DNA of 64,000 nt, from the IMG/VR virus record IMGVR_UViG_3300034170_000057. One strand, 5' to 3'. Source of the stretch: a virus (taxonomy: Duplodnaviria > Caudoviricetes). A model generated the notes under the pieces. That model was not told the DNA's origin. It did no database searches and saw only the letters and a program-made list of their open reading frames with translations. Below are positions 8,426 through 17,430 of the stretch, in pieces (position 1 is the stretch's first letter; every line of letters starts with the position of its first letter). Both the position numbers and the translations under genes were made by a program.

Positions 8426-9550
8426 TTACGCGTTCAGATTATCCAAGTTCTGGATAATGCTTTGTGCGCTAGACGTGCGATGCAGCACGACGCCTACTTC
8501 GTTCTCAACATAGAAAACGTCCACGTAACGAATGTTCTGGAAGTTTTCGTTTACAAGGCGAACGGTGCGAATGTAATCAACGTTTGCACCGTTCACTTCA
8601 CGACTGTACATCAGGGACAGCACGCCGGTTGCCTCATCGACTTCCGACATAGTGTCGGATGGAAGCATGTCTTTCAGGCTCTGCATTTTTTCCGAATGAA
8701 TGGCCGCGATAATTTCCGGCGATTCTTTTACCGGCCCAGTGTCTGCCACGTCGTCAATCGGCGCGGCGGGTTGCTGGTCATTCCGGTCGGCAATAACTGC
8801 CACGGTTTCTGCTTCGGTCAGCGGTTCCTGTGCATGCACGGGCTCGCCATTCAACGCACCGGCCAGTGCATCAGATTGCGCTTCGCTTGCGGTCAGTGCT
8901 GGGGCGGCCTGTGCTTCGTTTACAGGCTCTTCCTCTGGCAAAGGCTCTTCCTCTACCAGTGGAGCGTCTGCAATCTCTTCAGCGGGGGCCTGTTGCGCTA
9001 CAGCGGCGACCGGTGCCGACTCTTCAGCGGGGAAATCCTCTTCAGCGGGGAAATCCTCTTCCTTTACAACCGGGGGCGTTTGTCGGGCGTTGCCGATTTG
9101 AGGAACGATAGAAAGGACGCGACCGCTTTCCGGTGCAGTGCTTGCGCCGCCGTCCACTTCGATTGTGTCGTCTTCCTCTTCGTCGCTTTCGATATCGTCG
9201 AAAGCCACGCGCAGGTCGTCGAGTTCCGCTTCCACGTTCGTGAGGTAAACCACGAATTCAGAATCGCCCGTGTAACTGCAAATATGCATGTCGTGACGGC
9301 TTGCGAAATCCATCATCAGCTCGCTAGCGATTTCAGACGCGTAATCAGGATCTACCAGATCCCAAATCGGCAACGAAATACGTTTCGCCAGAACTTCAAC
9401 GTCATCCGGCAGTTGCAATTCAACCGGGTCGAGTTTGTACCAGTCGGCCAGTTCGTCAGCCGTGACGCTGAACGCTTGAGAAAACAGGCTCAGATAAAAG
9501 GCGTGGATTGCGTTATGCGCGGCAGCCTTCAGGTTATTGAAAAATTGCAT
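8426..9550 (-). CDS. acidic low-complexity hypothetical protein
   Basis: 374-aa ORF with E/A/P-rich linker, GAGG RBS, 18-nt tandem duplication (EEDFPA x2). Confidence 0.75.
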   Translation of the reverse strand: MQFFNNLKAAAHNAIHAFYLSLFSQAFSVTADELADWYKLDPVELQLPDDVEVLAKRISLPIWDLVDPDYASEIASELMMDFASRHDMHICSYTGDSEFVVYLTNVEAELDDLRVAFDDIESDEEEDDTIEVDGGASTAPESGRVLSIVPQIGNARQTPPVVKEEDFPAEEDFPAEESAPVAAVAQQAPAEEIADAPLVEEEPLPEEEPVNEAQAAPALTASEAQSDALAGALNGEPVHAQEPLTEAETVAVIADRNDQQPAAPIDDVADTGPVKESPEIIAAIHSEKMQSLKDMLPSDTMSEVDEATGVLSLMYSREVNGANVDYIRTVRLVNENFQNIRYVDVFYVENEVGVVLHRTSSAQSIIQNLDNLNA

Positions 9551-9616
9551 GGCATGTACCTCGGAATTAAATTTGCGGGGGATTCTTATTGCTCCCCCGC
9601 GTGGGAACAGGAACGA

Positions 9617-11512
9617 TTAGATTTCGATGCCGTTGGCTTCGCAAATTGCGACGAAACCATCGAAGTCTACAGAACGGACAGTTTGAGTTGCCACGTTGAT
9701 CAGGCCGACAACTTCATTGCCTTGTTGATCATGACGCAGGCCGATGAACAGGTAGCTATTGCCGTTGTCATCGACGGTCGAACCCGGCTCGATGCTGTAG
9801 CAGAAAGTGGTGTACGCATCTTGCGATTCATACCACGCCACGGCTGCGTTGCGCATTGCACCTTGGTATTTCGGGGTGCTGATAATGCGGGCCATACGAG
9901 ACGACGCGTCGGCAACCAATTGCGAGATATCGAGGGGGAAAGAGGTTTCGGCGTCTTGGTCGAAAGTTTGGCTTTCAGGGAAGTCCGATTGTTCCTCTTC
10001 CTCTTCCTGCTCTTCCTCTTCTTGTTCCTCTTCCTCTTCCTGCTCTTCCTCTTCTTGTTCCTCTTCCTCTTCCTGCTCTTCCTCTTCTTGTTCCTCTTCC
10101 TCTTCCTGCTCTTCCTCCTCTTCAGGAATGTCGGAATCCGCACCGGTCAATTGGTGCGCGTCGAGGTCGCTACCTTCGTCGTCAGCGAAGTTTTCACGGC
10201 GCTGGCGTTCGATTTGTGCAGCAACGAATTCGGGATCAGCGTCGGCAACCGCGAAGCTAAACGCAACGGTACACATGGCAGTACCGCGACCGGCGAACGA
10301 GGAAACCAAGTTCACGTCGTATTCCGCGCCCATGATTTTGCGGATTTGTTCTTCCAGCAAATCGCGAATGTCTTCGGCGGTATCGTCGTCGAATTCGGCA
10401 ACATGGATAATCTTTTTCTCAAACGGTGGAACTTCACGGGTTTTCGGAAGCGCGCCGCCCGATTTCTGATTGGCACCAGCAGCGCCGCCATAAACCAGTT
10501 TTGCGCCGACTTGTTGAATGTCCGCGATAGCGATACGCACGCCCGAGTCGAGTTCGATTGTGCCGCTGGTAAATACGCGTTCAACGGTTTGCAATTTCTT
10601 GCCGACCAGAATCTGCGTTACGCCTTTCTTGAAACTGCGCGAGGTCAAAGGCTTCGGTGTGTCTTTGGCCTTTTGGATTGCCTTGGCGCGGGTGTTCGCT
10701 TGTTCGTGCAGTTCTTTCAGTTCTGCAATGTAATCGTCGGAGTACACGCAGAATTTGCCGCTGACGGTTTTGCGAACTTCGTCGATTTGGAAAGTCACGC
10801 CGTCTTCCAGTTGGCATTTGCCAGACGGGAAAGTTTTCACGACTTTCAGGTCGTCGCCGTCGAAGTCGATCACCTTGTTGCGAACGTCGCCGGTTTCGTA
10901 TTGACCGGCTGGGCCATACAGCGCGCCTTCGTCGAATGCCATGTCATCATCGCCGGTAGCGGCCTTGGCTTTCTTCACAGCGCCACCTTTTGCAGCAGGT
11001 TTTGCAACGGCTGCTTTTACAGGGGCTTTTTCAGCAGCAGGTTTTGCAGCGACGGTTTTCGGTGCCTTACCTGCTTTCGGTGCTGGGGTCACAACATCGG
11101 CGCCGTAGCCTTTACCCTTGCGGGTAATGTCAGCGATTGCAACGGTGGAACCATCGGCCAGAACTACAATGCCTTCTTTACGTTTCAGGCTTTCGATTTC
11201 GACGCCGTTGATCTTGCGCGCCTTTTCGTCCAGTTCTTTGAACGTGACGGAAGCCGGGGCCGGACGTTCTGCTTTTGCAGCAGGCGCAGGGGCAGCAGCG
11301 GCAACGGTGGATTTCTTGGCAACGCCGCCTTTCAGGTCAACGAATTTGCCTTTGCCCTTGTTGTACATGTCCGAGACATTGAACTCGGAACCTTCGACGG
11401 TACGAATGGTGCCGTTCTTCAGGTGGGTTTTCACCACCTCTTTGATAATGCCTTTCTTGCCGTGGTTTACGTTTACGGTGGCGCCTTTCAAGTTCACGGT
11501 AGTCATTTCCAA
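9617..11512 (-). CDS. repeat protein: four ~40-aa beta-rich modules, K/A linkers, (E4-5Q)n tract, C-terminal domain
   Basis: Modules such as VERVFTSGTIELDSGVRIAIADI; GGAG RBS; highly expressed codon bias. Confidence 0.8.
   Translation of the reverse strand: MEMTTVNLKGATVNVNHGKKGIIKEVVKTHLKNGTIRTVEGSEFNVSDMYNKGKGKFVDLKGGVAKKSTVAAAAPAPAAKAERPAPASVTFKELDEKARKINGVEIESLKRKEGIVVLADGSTVAIADITRKGKGYGADVVTPAPKAGKAPKTVAAKPAAEKAPVKAAVAKPAAKGGAVKKAKAATGDDDMAFDEGALYGPAGQYETGDVRNKVIDFDGDDLKVVKTFPSGKCQLEDGVTFQIDEVRKTVSGKFCVYSDDYIAELKELHEQANTRAKAIQKAKDTPKPLTSRSFKKGVTQILVGKKLQTVERVFTSGTIELDSGVRIAIADIQQVGAKLVYGGAAGANQKSGGALPKTREVPPFEKKIIHVAEFDDDTAEDIRDLLEEQIRKIMGAEYDVNLVSSFAGRGTAMCTVAFSFAVADADPEFVAAQIERQRRENFADDEGSDLDAHQLTGADSDIPEEEEEQEEEEEQEEEEQEEEEEQEEEEQEEEEEQEEEEQEEEEEQSDFPESQTFDQDAETSFPLDISQLVADASSRMARIISTPKYQGAMRNAAVAWYESQDAYTTFCYSIEPGSTVDDNGNSYLFIGLRHDQQGNEVVGLINVATQTVRSVDFDGFVAICEANGIEI
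9989..10123. repeat. 33-nt tandem repeat (~4 copies) encoding EEEEQEEEEEQ
   Basis: TTGTTCCTCTTCCTCTTCCTGCTCTTCCTCTTC units on the plus strand. Confidence 0.9.
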
Positions 11513-11726
11513 ATCTCCAACTTTCCAAATTTCGTTAGTGTCGTTTATCGACTGTGCATTTGCCGAGGGCGGCGAACTACCAACGGCAAACGCTCATCGC
11601 AGAACAGGCGGTGGCGCATGCCTATATAAGGCAGCAACATCAAACTTCCCTTATTCCGTGAGCGCTAATGCATCAGGCACAAAACGTTACGGAAGGCCCC
11701 CACGGTATCAAAGGGCCTTCATTAGG

Positions 11727-12527
11727 TCAAGCCACGTTATGGCTTTGGCCCTTTGGTTCATTGTGAACGTTGCCCATGCCCGCCTGAATGGCCTTTGCAT
11801 TGCGCTTGCGGGTATCCAGCAAGGTACGCAGCATGCAGCCTTGATCATAGGTAAGGGTGTTCGGTTGCTGGTAGTCAGCGCGCAATGCCTGCAATGCCTG
11901 CTCAGCCTCGGCCATTGCTTGCAGCGGGTCATGGTTGTGATTCAGTTGCGCCGTACAGGCTTGAATGCGTTTGCGGGCGTGATGGCCGACGATGGTGCAA
12001 GCGCCACCATTCAAGAAGGCCGCCGAACTCTTAACGAAACTGAAAAATGACATGCGGGCCAGTTTGACCTTGCCGTCATTCAAACTCATAACCGGGAAGC
12101 CAACCATTTGCGATGGAACGCGGCGCCCCTGATTAGCAAATGCGTTTTGCATATTCAGGACTTCGCGGTAAGCGATCACCAACAGCGTTTCGGTTTTGCC
12201 GGGTAGCATTACTTCGACGCGTGCATAAAGATCCTGCCAGTTAGGCAGCAGAACGAACGGCTCGGTTTTGATGAACGGGAGGTCATTCCCAGCCGCACGC
12301 ATATGATTTGGGGTTGAAACTGTAACGGTGGCGTTAAACGGAACAGTGATAAGTTTTTCACCGTCGAGAGAAAGACGGCAGCCGAGAGCGGCCAGCATGT
12401 TGACAATGTAATCTGCACCGATGGCATTCGAACTCATTTGCTGCACAGTGGCGATATCACGCAGCAATTCAGAATAGGTGAGGCTGCCACTCAGAATGTT
12501 TTGAACAATTCCGCTAGCGTTGAACAT
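11727..12527 (-). CDS. hypothetical protein
   Basis: 266-aa ORF with GGGAG RBS. Confidence 0.7.
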   Translation of the reverse strand: MFNASGIVQNILSGSLTYSELLRDIATVQQMSSNAIGADYIVNMLAALGCRLSLDGEKLITVPFNATVTVSTPNHMRAAGNDLPFIKTEPFVLLPNWQDLYARVEVMLPGKTETLLVIAYREVLNMQNAFANQGRRVPSQMVGFPVMSLNDGKVKLARMSFFSFVKSSAAFLNGGACTIVGHHARKRIQACTAQLNHNHDPLQAMAEAEQALQALRADYQQPNTLTYDQGCMLRTLLDTRKRNAKAIQAGMGNVHNEPKGQSHNVA

Positions 12528-12547
12528 GTTTTTCTCCCGCAGAAAGT

Positions 12548-12576
12548 AAAAAAGCGACCTATTTCTAGGCCGCTTT
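12548..12576 (-). terminator. intrinsic terminator
   Basis: AAAGCGGCCT-AGAAAT-AGGTCGCTTT then TTT. Confidence 0.75.
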
Positions 12577-12606
12577 CGGTATTGCTACATCAGACCGCGA
12601 TGGATC

Positions 12607-13167
12607 TTAGGCTTTGGCTTTAGCGGCAGGCTTTGCAGCTTTGGCTTTCGGCGCTTTGGCTTTTGGAGCTTTGGCAGGCGCGGCAGCTTTGGCAGCTTTC
12701 ACTTTCGGTGCGCCGGTTTTGGTCACACCTACAGCAACAGCGGTAGCTTTCGGAGCTTTTGCAGCTTTCGGCGCAGCGGCGGCAACGGGTGCGGTTGCGG
12801 CTTTCAGTTTGGCAGCGGCTGCTTTGTCAGCTTCGCGCTGTTTGGCTTTGGCGTCTTTGGCTTTCTGCGCGGCGTCGGCTTTCTCGGTCGAACGCACGAG
12901 GGTCAGCGCTGCTTTTGCGTCGGTCAGTTCTGCGGTCGCGGCCAGTACAGCCTGTTGCAGAGTATCGACGGTGGAACCGGCGTTCTTTTGCAGGTTGGCG
13001 ACGATTTTCGGCGCAGTGGTCAGGGCCAGTTTGGAATTCGTGCGAACAACGCCCTGCGCCAGTTTCAGATCAGCTTTCAGACCGTCGAGGGTCTTGGCAG
13101 CGGTGGCGACCAGCTTAACGGCGGCGGTTTCGTTCTTCGACAGTTTTACTACGGCTACTTCAGTCAT
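12607..13167 (-). CDS. AlgP/histone H1-like Ala/Lys-rich protein
   Basis: Helical N-domain plus AAPKAAKAPKA...KPAAKAKA tail; ATG 13167 has an AGAGAG RBS (ORF-track start 13194). Confidence 0.7.
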   Translation of the reverse strand: MTEVAVVKLSKNETAAVKLVATAAKTLDGLKADLKLAQGVVRTNSKLALTTAPKIVANLQKNAGSTVDTLQQAVLAATAELTDAKAALTLVRSTEKADAAQKAKDAKAKQREADKAAAAKLKAATAPVAAAAPKAAKAPKATAVAVGVTKTGAPKVKAAKAAAPAKAPKAKAPKAKAAKPAAKAKA

Positions 13168-13238
13168 GGTTTTGCTCTCTTTACTTTCCAGCATGGTCGG
13201 CGTTATTGCCGGGTGATTTGCAGGTATGGTTCCCGCGT

Positions 13239-14075
13239 TTACTTCAGGAAGGACTTTTTCAATCCGTCCAATCCGTATTTATCACAAATGCGCGTGAATG
13301 CCTTCACGTTCACTTTAGAAATTGATAAGTCCAATTCCGCATTCGCATCGTACAGGTCTTGCCGTATGGTTACAAGCTGACGATTGAGTTTCAGAATCTC
13401 TTTTATATTTACAGTTTCTCGTGCCTTCTTGGGGAATCGGTCGAAAGGAATATTTTCAGCCTTTCCGAACGCGTCGATCAGTTTGATTGCGGTCTTTCCG
13501 CCCACACCGGGAACGCCCGGAATGTTATCAATGCTGTCACCGTCGAGCATAAGGAAATCAATCATCCTTTTTGCTTCAACCCCGTATATTTCTTTACAGT
13601 TTTTTCGACTAACGGTTACTTTCTTGTTCGGGTTAATCAATCGCACATGACGATCAATCAATTCCTGTGCAAAATCTTTATCCCCTGAAAGGATATAGGC
13701 CAGACCGCCCGTATATTTGCGTGCGGTCGAACCGATTACGTCGTCAGCCTCGACGCCATACTTCCCGTATACGGCAAAACCCATCGCATCCAGCAATTCC
13801 ACAATGACCGGCAATTGTTTTGCCAGTGCTTTGCTTTTCTCCGGATCTTTTACGCGAGTGCCTTTGTATTCCGGGTGCAGACGGTGCCGGAAGTTTTCGC
13901 CCGGTCGGTCAAAGCAATTCAGGCAATGGGTTGCGCCTGAAATCTTGAGATTAGAACGCAGAATCGAAAAGTATCCGCTAATTACGTTCGTTGGGAAGCC
14001 ACGGTAACTCAAGGGCCGTACTGCGTGATACGCACGGTGCATCGTGTTCGTGCCATCCACTGATAAAAGAGTCAT
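13239..14075 (-). CDS. 5'-3' exonuclease / flap endonuclease (PolA N-terminal / T4 RNase H family)
   Basis: LLSVDG, FDRPGENFRH..YKGTR, EADDVIG, SGDKDFAQ, GDSIDNIPGVPGVGGKTA (H3TH). Confidence 0.92.
   Translation of the reverse strand: MTLLSVDGTNTMHRAYHAVRPLSYRGFPTNVISGYFSILRSNLKISGATHCLNCFDRPGENFRHRLHPEYKGTRVKDPEKSKALAKQLPVIVELLDAMGFAVYGKYGVEADDVIGSTARKYTGGLAYILSGDKDFAQELIDRHVRLINPNKKVTVSRKNCKEIYGVEAKRMIDFLMLDGDSIDNIPGVPGVGGKTAIKLIDAFGKAENIPFDRFPKKARETVNIKEILKLNRQLVTIRQDLYDANAELDLSISKVNVKAFTRICDKYGLDGLKKSFLK
13406..13415 (-). promoter_or_regulatory. ACTGTAAATA motif, intragenic
   Basis: Exact copy ~240 nt upstream of the AlgP-like gene. Confidence 0.55.
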
Positions 14076-14077
14076 GG

Positions 14078-14506
14078 TTAATCCTTGAAGCGGGGATCGC
14101 TTGGCAATTCCGCATGTGAATTCAGCAAGTCGCTCACGTTGTCAATTATCCGCACAGGTTTGCGCACCATGCGGAAAGCGCGAGCGCTTCGAATTAACGC
14201 ATTGATCAACCGTTCTTTTCCGTAAGGCACTGCAACAAATGGCAGCGTACCGACTTCGGCTTCCACGATCAGTTCACCTACGGCGGCCTTTCCCTTCGGT
14301 ACACGGGCGCAGATGGTGGGAATCGAATCGACTAGCTCTGAATTATGAAAAACAAAAAGGTCTTTGTGGTGCGTGATCATCATACGGCCACGATCCGAAA
14401 ACAGACGGATCAGCAGAGGCTGTGCGCCGGGGCCTTCCATAGTCACAGATTCCAAAAACGTTTCGCCTTTGTGAACCCGGTTGGTCGTCGCCAGAATGAT
14501 TTTCAT
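14078..14506 (-). CDS. hypothetical protein
   Basis: 142-aa ORF abutting the exonuclease gene. Confidence 0.7.
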   Translation of the reverse strand: MKIILATTNRVHKGETFLESVTMEGPGAQPLLIRLFSDRGRMMITHHKDLFVFHNSELVDSIPTICARVPKGKAAVGELIVEAEVGTLPFVAVPYGKERLINALIRSARAFRMVRKPVRIIDNVSDLLNSHAELPSDPRFKD

Positions 14507-14760
14507 ACGATACCCGCATAAAACGGATTTGGTTGAAACAGACGCCGCGCATTACGCAGGCAGCATTGTGGATCGTCAGCCTGCATAAACATTTCCGCGT
14601 AAAGAAATGTTTCACGGGGGATATGCCCATTCATAATGGAACACTTCGCAGCGTGTCGCATTTTGTTTACTATAGCCTCTTCCGGTTCGTCGTAGGCTTT
14701 CGCCATTTCGGAGGCCAGCTCAACCTGATCAAGTAATCGAAGCAAGCTATAATTATCCAC
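14503..14760 (-). CDS. hypothetical protein
   Basis: GTG 14760 preceded by GAGGTG; ATGA-type overlap downstream. Confidence 0.55.
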   Translation of the reverse strand: MDNYSLLRLLDQVELASEMAKAYDEPEEAIVNKMRHAAKCSIMNGHIPRETFLYAEMFMQADDPQCCLRNARRLFQPNPFYAGIV

Positions 14761-14775
14761 TACGCACCTCATGGA

Positions 14776-14813
14776 ATATATGGCAGGCAATAATCTGTTG
14801 TCCTGCCATATAT
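14776..14813. other. perfect 12-bp inverted repeat (hairpin)
   Basis: ATATATGGCAGG ... CCTGCCATATAT, overlapping a motif copy. Confidence 0.8.
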
Positions 14814-14820
14814 TTACAGT
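14811..14820 (-). promoter_or_regulatory. ACTGTAAATA motif
   Basis: Exact intergenic copy 51 nt before GTG 14760. Confidence 0.65.
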
Positions 14821-14823
14821 TTG

Positions 14824-15309
14824 TTATCGCGACGTGCGTTTGACAATGGCCCAATAGCCGGTCAACGGTGGAACGTACAGGGAATTATCGAACGATTTGA
14901 AGCTATCGCCCAGCGGTTCCCGGCTAAACACCACATCATGTCCGAAACCAATGCTGGTTTGACGCGGGATGTTGTAGTGGTAGCTGATATGTTCCATGTA
15001 CCGGATCAAGAAGCGTTTGTCTGCGGGATGTTCCTGCACCAGCATGCGTTCGATGAAATTACAAATCGCAGTTCCATCTTCGTAGCATTTGTTTGCGTGG
15101 TCTTCGCCTATGATATGGTCGGCGTTCGGCATTTCGCCGTGTACCAATTGCGGCAGCGTCAAATGCACGCGAGCCACAACCATATTCGGCACAGAAACAC
15201 TCATGAATTTCTCATGCAGCGCGCCGAAGGTAATCTCACGGGAATTCAGTTCACGGCACAGGACGCCGTATGCCGAAGTTTCCTCGTAATTGTTTTGAGC
15301 GGTGTTCAT
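14824..15309 (-). CDS. hypothetical protein
   Basis: ATG 15309 overlaps the TGA of the upstream gene (ORF-track start 15498 overlaps that gene). Confidence 0.6.
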   Translation of the reverse strand: MNTAQNNYEETSAYGVLCRELNSREITFGALHEKFMSVSVPNMVVARVHLTLPQLVHGEMPNADHIIGEDHANKCYEDGTAICNFIERMLVQEHPADKRFLIRYMEHISYHYNIPRQTSIGFGHDVVFSREPLGDSFKSFDNSLYVPPLTGYWAIVKRTSR

Positions 15310-15839
15310 CGTTTGCCCCCACAAGTAGTGCATGGGCGTGGCTGCACTTTCTTGCGAATTGTCTGGTAGGTAATGTTGCTGGATTCGATGTTCATCGCAG
15401 TCGCAGGCGTGGCGCCTGTCGCTTTGAATCGTTCGGCTACGGCAGTCTTTTCGAACATGGAATCGTAGGGGAAACTTTCCTGCTGCGTCTTTTCCCACAG
15501 GGGGATATCGAACATTTCTTTCTGGATTTCAGCCAGTTCGAATTCGCTCAACGCTGGCGCAATGTTCGGGTTAACCCGTGCGGCTTTCACCACGTGGCCC
15601 GCACTGTCGATCATCATGAGCGCGGTGAACTCGATGTTTGGATTCACCAGATGGATAATCGGCCCGTGCTTCACAGCAGGGACCGCGAACCACGTATCTT
15701 TTAGCGGCAGATCCTGACCTTCCAAAGTCGGCAGGTGGTAGGCGCGCATGAAACAATAGATCAGCGTGTTAAACGCGATATCCGATCCATGCACGTAGAT
15801 TTTTTCGTCTGCTTTATTTTCCATTGCAACCTCACTCAA
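15306..15839 (-). CDS. hypothetical protein with C-terminal CxxC
   Basis: 177 aa ending RPCTTCGGKR. Confidence 0.65.
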   Translation of the reverse strand: MSEVAMENKADEKIYVHGSDIAFNTLIYCFMRAYHLPTLEGQDLPLKDTWFAVPAVKHGPIIHLVNPNIEFTALMMIDSAGHVVKAARVNPNIAPALSEFELAEIQKEMFDIPLWEKTQQESFPYDSMFEKTAVAERFKATGATPATAMNIESSNITYQTIRKKVQPRPCTTCGGKR

Positions 15840-17430
15840 CCTTGAGGCCCGATACAGTCGGGTCAGGTTTCTTCAGGTAGGTTTTCACGCGCTCGGCAGT
15901 ATCAATTGCAGCACGCTTGCCCGGTTCTTTTGCGTCGGTTTTCAGAACTTTGATTTCTGCTTTGATGCCCTTGATTTTCTTTTCAAGGTCGTCAGCTTCC
16001 AGCGCGGCCAGTTGTTTCACTTTCCGCTCAAGGATGATTTCTGCGTCTTCGACCGGCATAGTCAACGCCTTCGCCAGAACGGCAGCCGGGGTTTTCGACG
16101 CCAGAACTTTTGGCAGAGCTTTCAGCAGTTTTTCGCGATTCTTCACGGCGTACAAATACACTTCGTTCAAGTGCAATTCATGCGCAGCCTTCGCCAGCAG
16201 GAAAGCGATCAGGCGTTCTTCGAGCTTGATGCGATACTTGACCCACGCGACAAAGTATTCGACGTAGTTCACGTATTTAAATTTGTTGGTTTCGTCACCG
16301 AGACGACGGATCGTGATACCGAGGCGATAGCTGACAGAACTTTTAACCAGCTTGTCCACTTTCGCACACACTTCGTCGAAGGTTTCTTCGTCCATGTTTT
16401 TCGGACAAGCTACTTCCAACGAGGCGCCGTATGGCCCAGCGTGCTTGTTCTTTTTGCCTGACGTGTTCGATGCGTTTTTCACGCCGTCGATATTCGCCAG
16501 TTTTTGCAGCGCCTTGTCCAAACCCTCTTCGCCAGACAGCGTGCCCGGACAGAAAGAACGAATACGAATTACGCGATTATCCACGTCGTATTCCATGAGC
16601 GGCATGTACTGCACAGAACCTTTGCCGGTCGCCATCAGTTCTTCGATTGCTGCGTCAGATGAAACGTCGATGCAGCCATACGGGTGGACAATTTTCAACG
16701 TATCCGACAATTTCTTCGCCGTGTACGATTTGCCGTTTAGCATATCAACCACGACTTTCGAAACGGTGCCGACCGAAAACGCAGGGTTGCCGACTTTCAC
16801 GCCGTAGGCCGGGGGCGGCGTCGATGTGAGGAAGAACAAAGTCGGCAGTAGTGCAGGCAGATACAGCGGCAGTTCTTCGTCGTTGGAAAAGTTCATCCCC
16901 ATCGGCACGACTTTCAGATACTGCGAATCCAGCAAAAACATATCTGCGAATTTCGATTTCTTCGCTTCGGTATAACGATATGCGGATGCGGACGTGCCAT
17001 CCGGTTTACCCCAACCACCTTGGCCCCACACCAGCGGCGGGTTGCTGTTTGCAATCGTCACCATTGCGCCGTAACAGGCGCTGTCACCGTGTGGGTGATA
17101 TTTACCGATTGCATCACCAACGGCGCGTGCTGCTTTTTTGAAGCCTTTCGTGTGGTGCAGGTTCAAACCTTGCAGTGCCCACAAAACAGCGCGGTGAACT
17201 GGTTTCAAGCCGTCGCGGAAATCCGGAACGGCCCGGTCTTCCACCACGTAGGAACCGTACACGTGCAGAGCGTGATCAGAAAATTCGTTGATCGTCTGAT
17301 CTTTGGTTTCGAGTGCATGCGTGGTGAATTTCAGAATCGGCGTCTGTGCGACTGCCTTGCTCATTTTCGTGAGCGACGATGGTTTTTTCACCTTCGCCAC
17401 TTCTTTGGTTTTCGTTTTAACCTTTGCCAT
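15832..17430 (-). CDS. type IIA DNA topoisomerase subunit A (GyrA/ParC/T4 gp52-like), no C-terminal pinwheel
   Basis: DRAVPDFRDGLKPVHR, KYHPHGDS, catalytic AYRYTEA. Confidence 0.93.
   Translation of the reverse strand: MAKVKTKTKEVAKVKKPSSLTKMSKAVAQTPILKFTTHALETKDQTINEFSDHALHVYGSYVVEDRAVPDFRDGLKPVHRAVLWALQGLNLHHTKGFKKAARAVGDAIGKYHPHGDSACYGAMVTIANSNPPLVWGQGGWGKPDGTSASAYRYTEAKKSKFADMFLLDSQYLKVVPMGMNFSNDEELPLYLPALLPTLFFLTSTPPPAYGVKVGNPAFSVGTVSKVVVDMLNGKSYTAKKLSDTLKIVHPYGCIDVSSDAAIEELMATGKGSVQYMPLMEYDVDNRVIRIRSFCPGTLSGEEGLDKALQKLANIDGVKNASNTSGKKNKHAGPYGASLEVACPKNMDEETFDEVCAKVDKLVKSSVSYRLGITIRRLGDETNKFKYVNYVEYFVAWVKYRIKLEERLIAFLLAKAAHELHLNEVYLYAVKNREKLLKALPKVLASKTPAAVLAKALTMPVEDAEIILERKVKQLAALEADDLEKKIKGIKAEIKVLKTDAKEPGKRAAIDTAERVKTYLKKPDPTVSGLKVE

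Noticed and set aside
9021-9058. 18-nt tandem duplication (EEDFPA x2)
   Set aside because: Simple slippage in a disordered linker
4267-10123. Tandem repeats as a CRISPR array or iterons
   Set aside because: No unique spacers; the repeats are in-frame coding low-complexity sequence
8462-11629. 1055-aa plus-strand ORF
   Set aside because: In-register antisense shadow of genes 8426 and 9617; arises because the sense genes avoid TTA/CTA/TCA codons; no protein-like motifs
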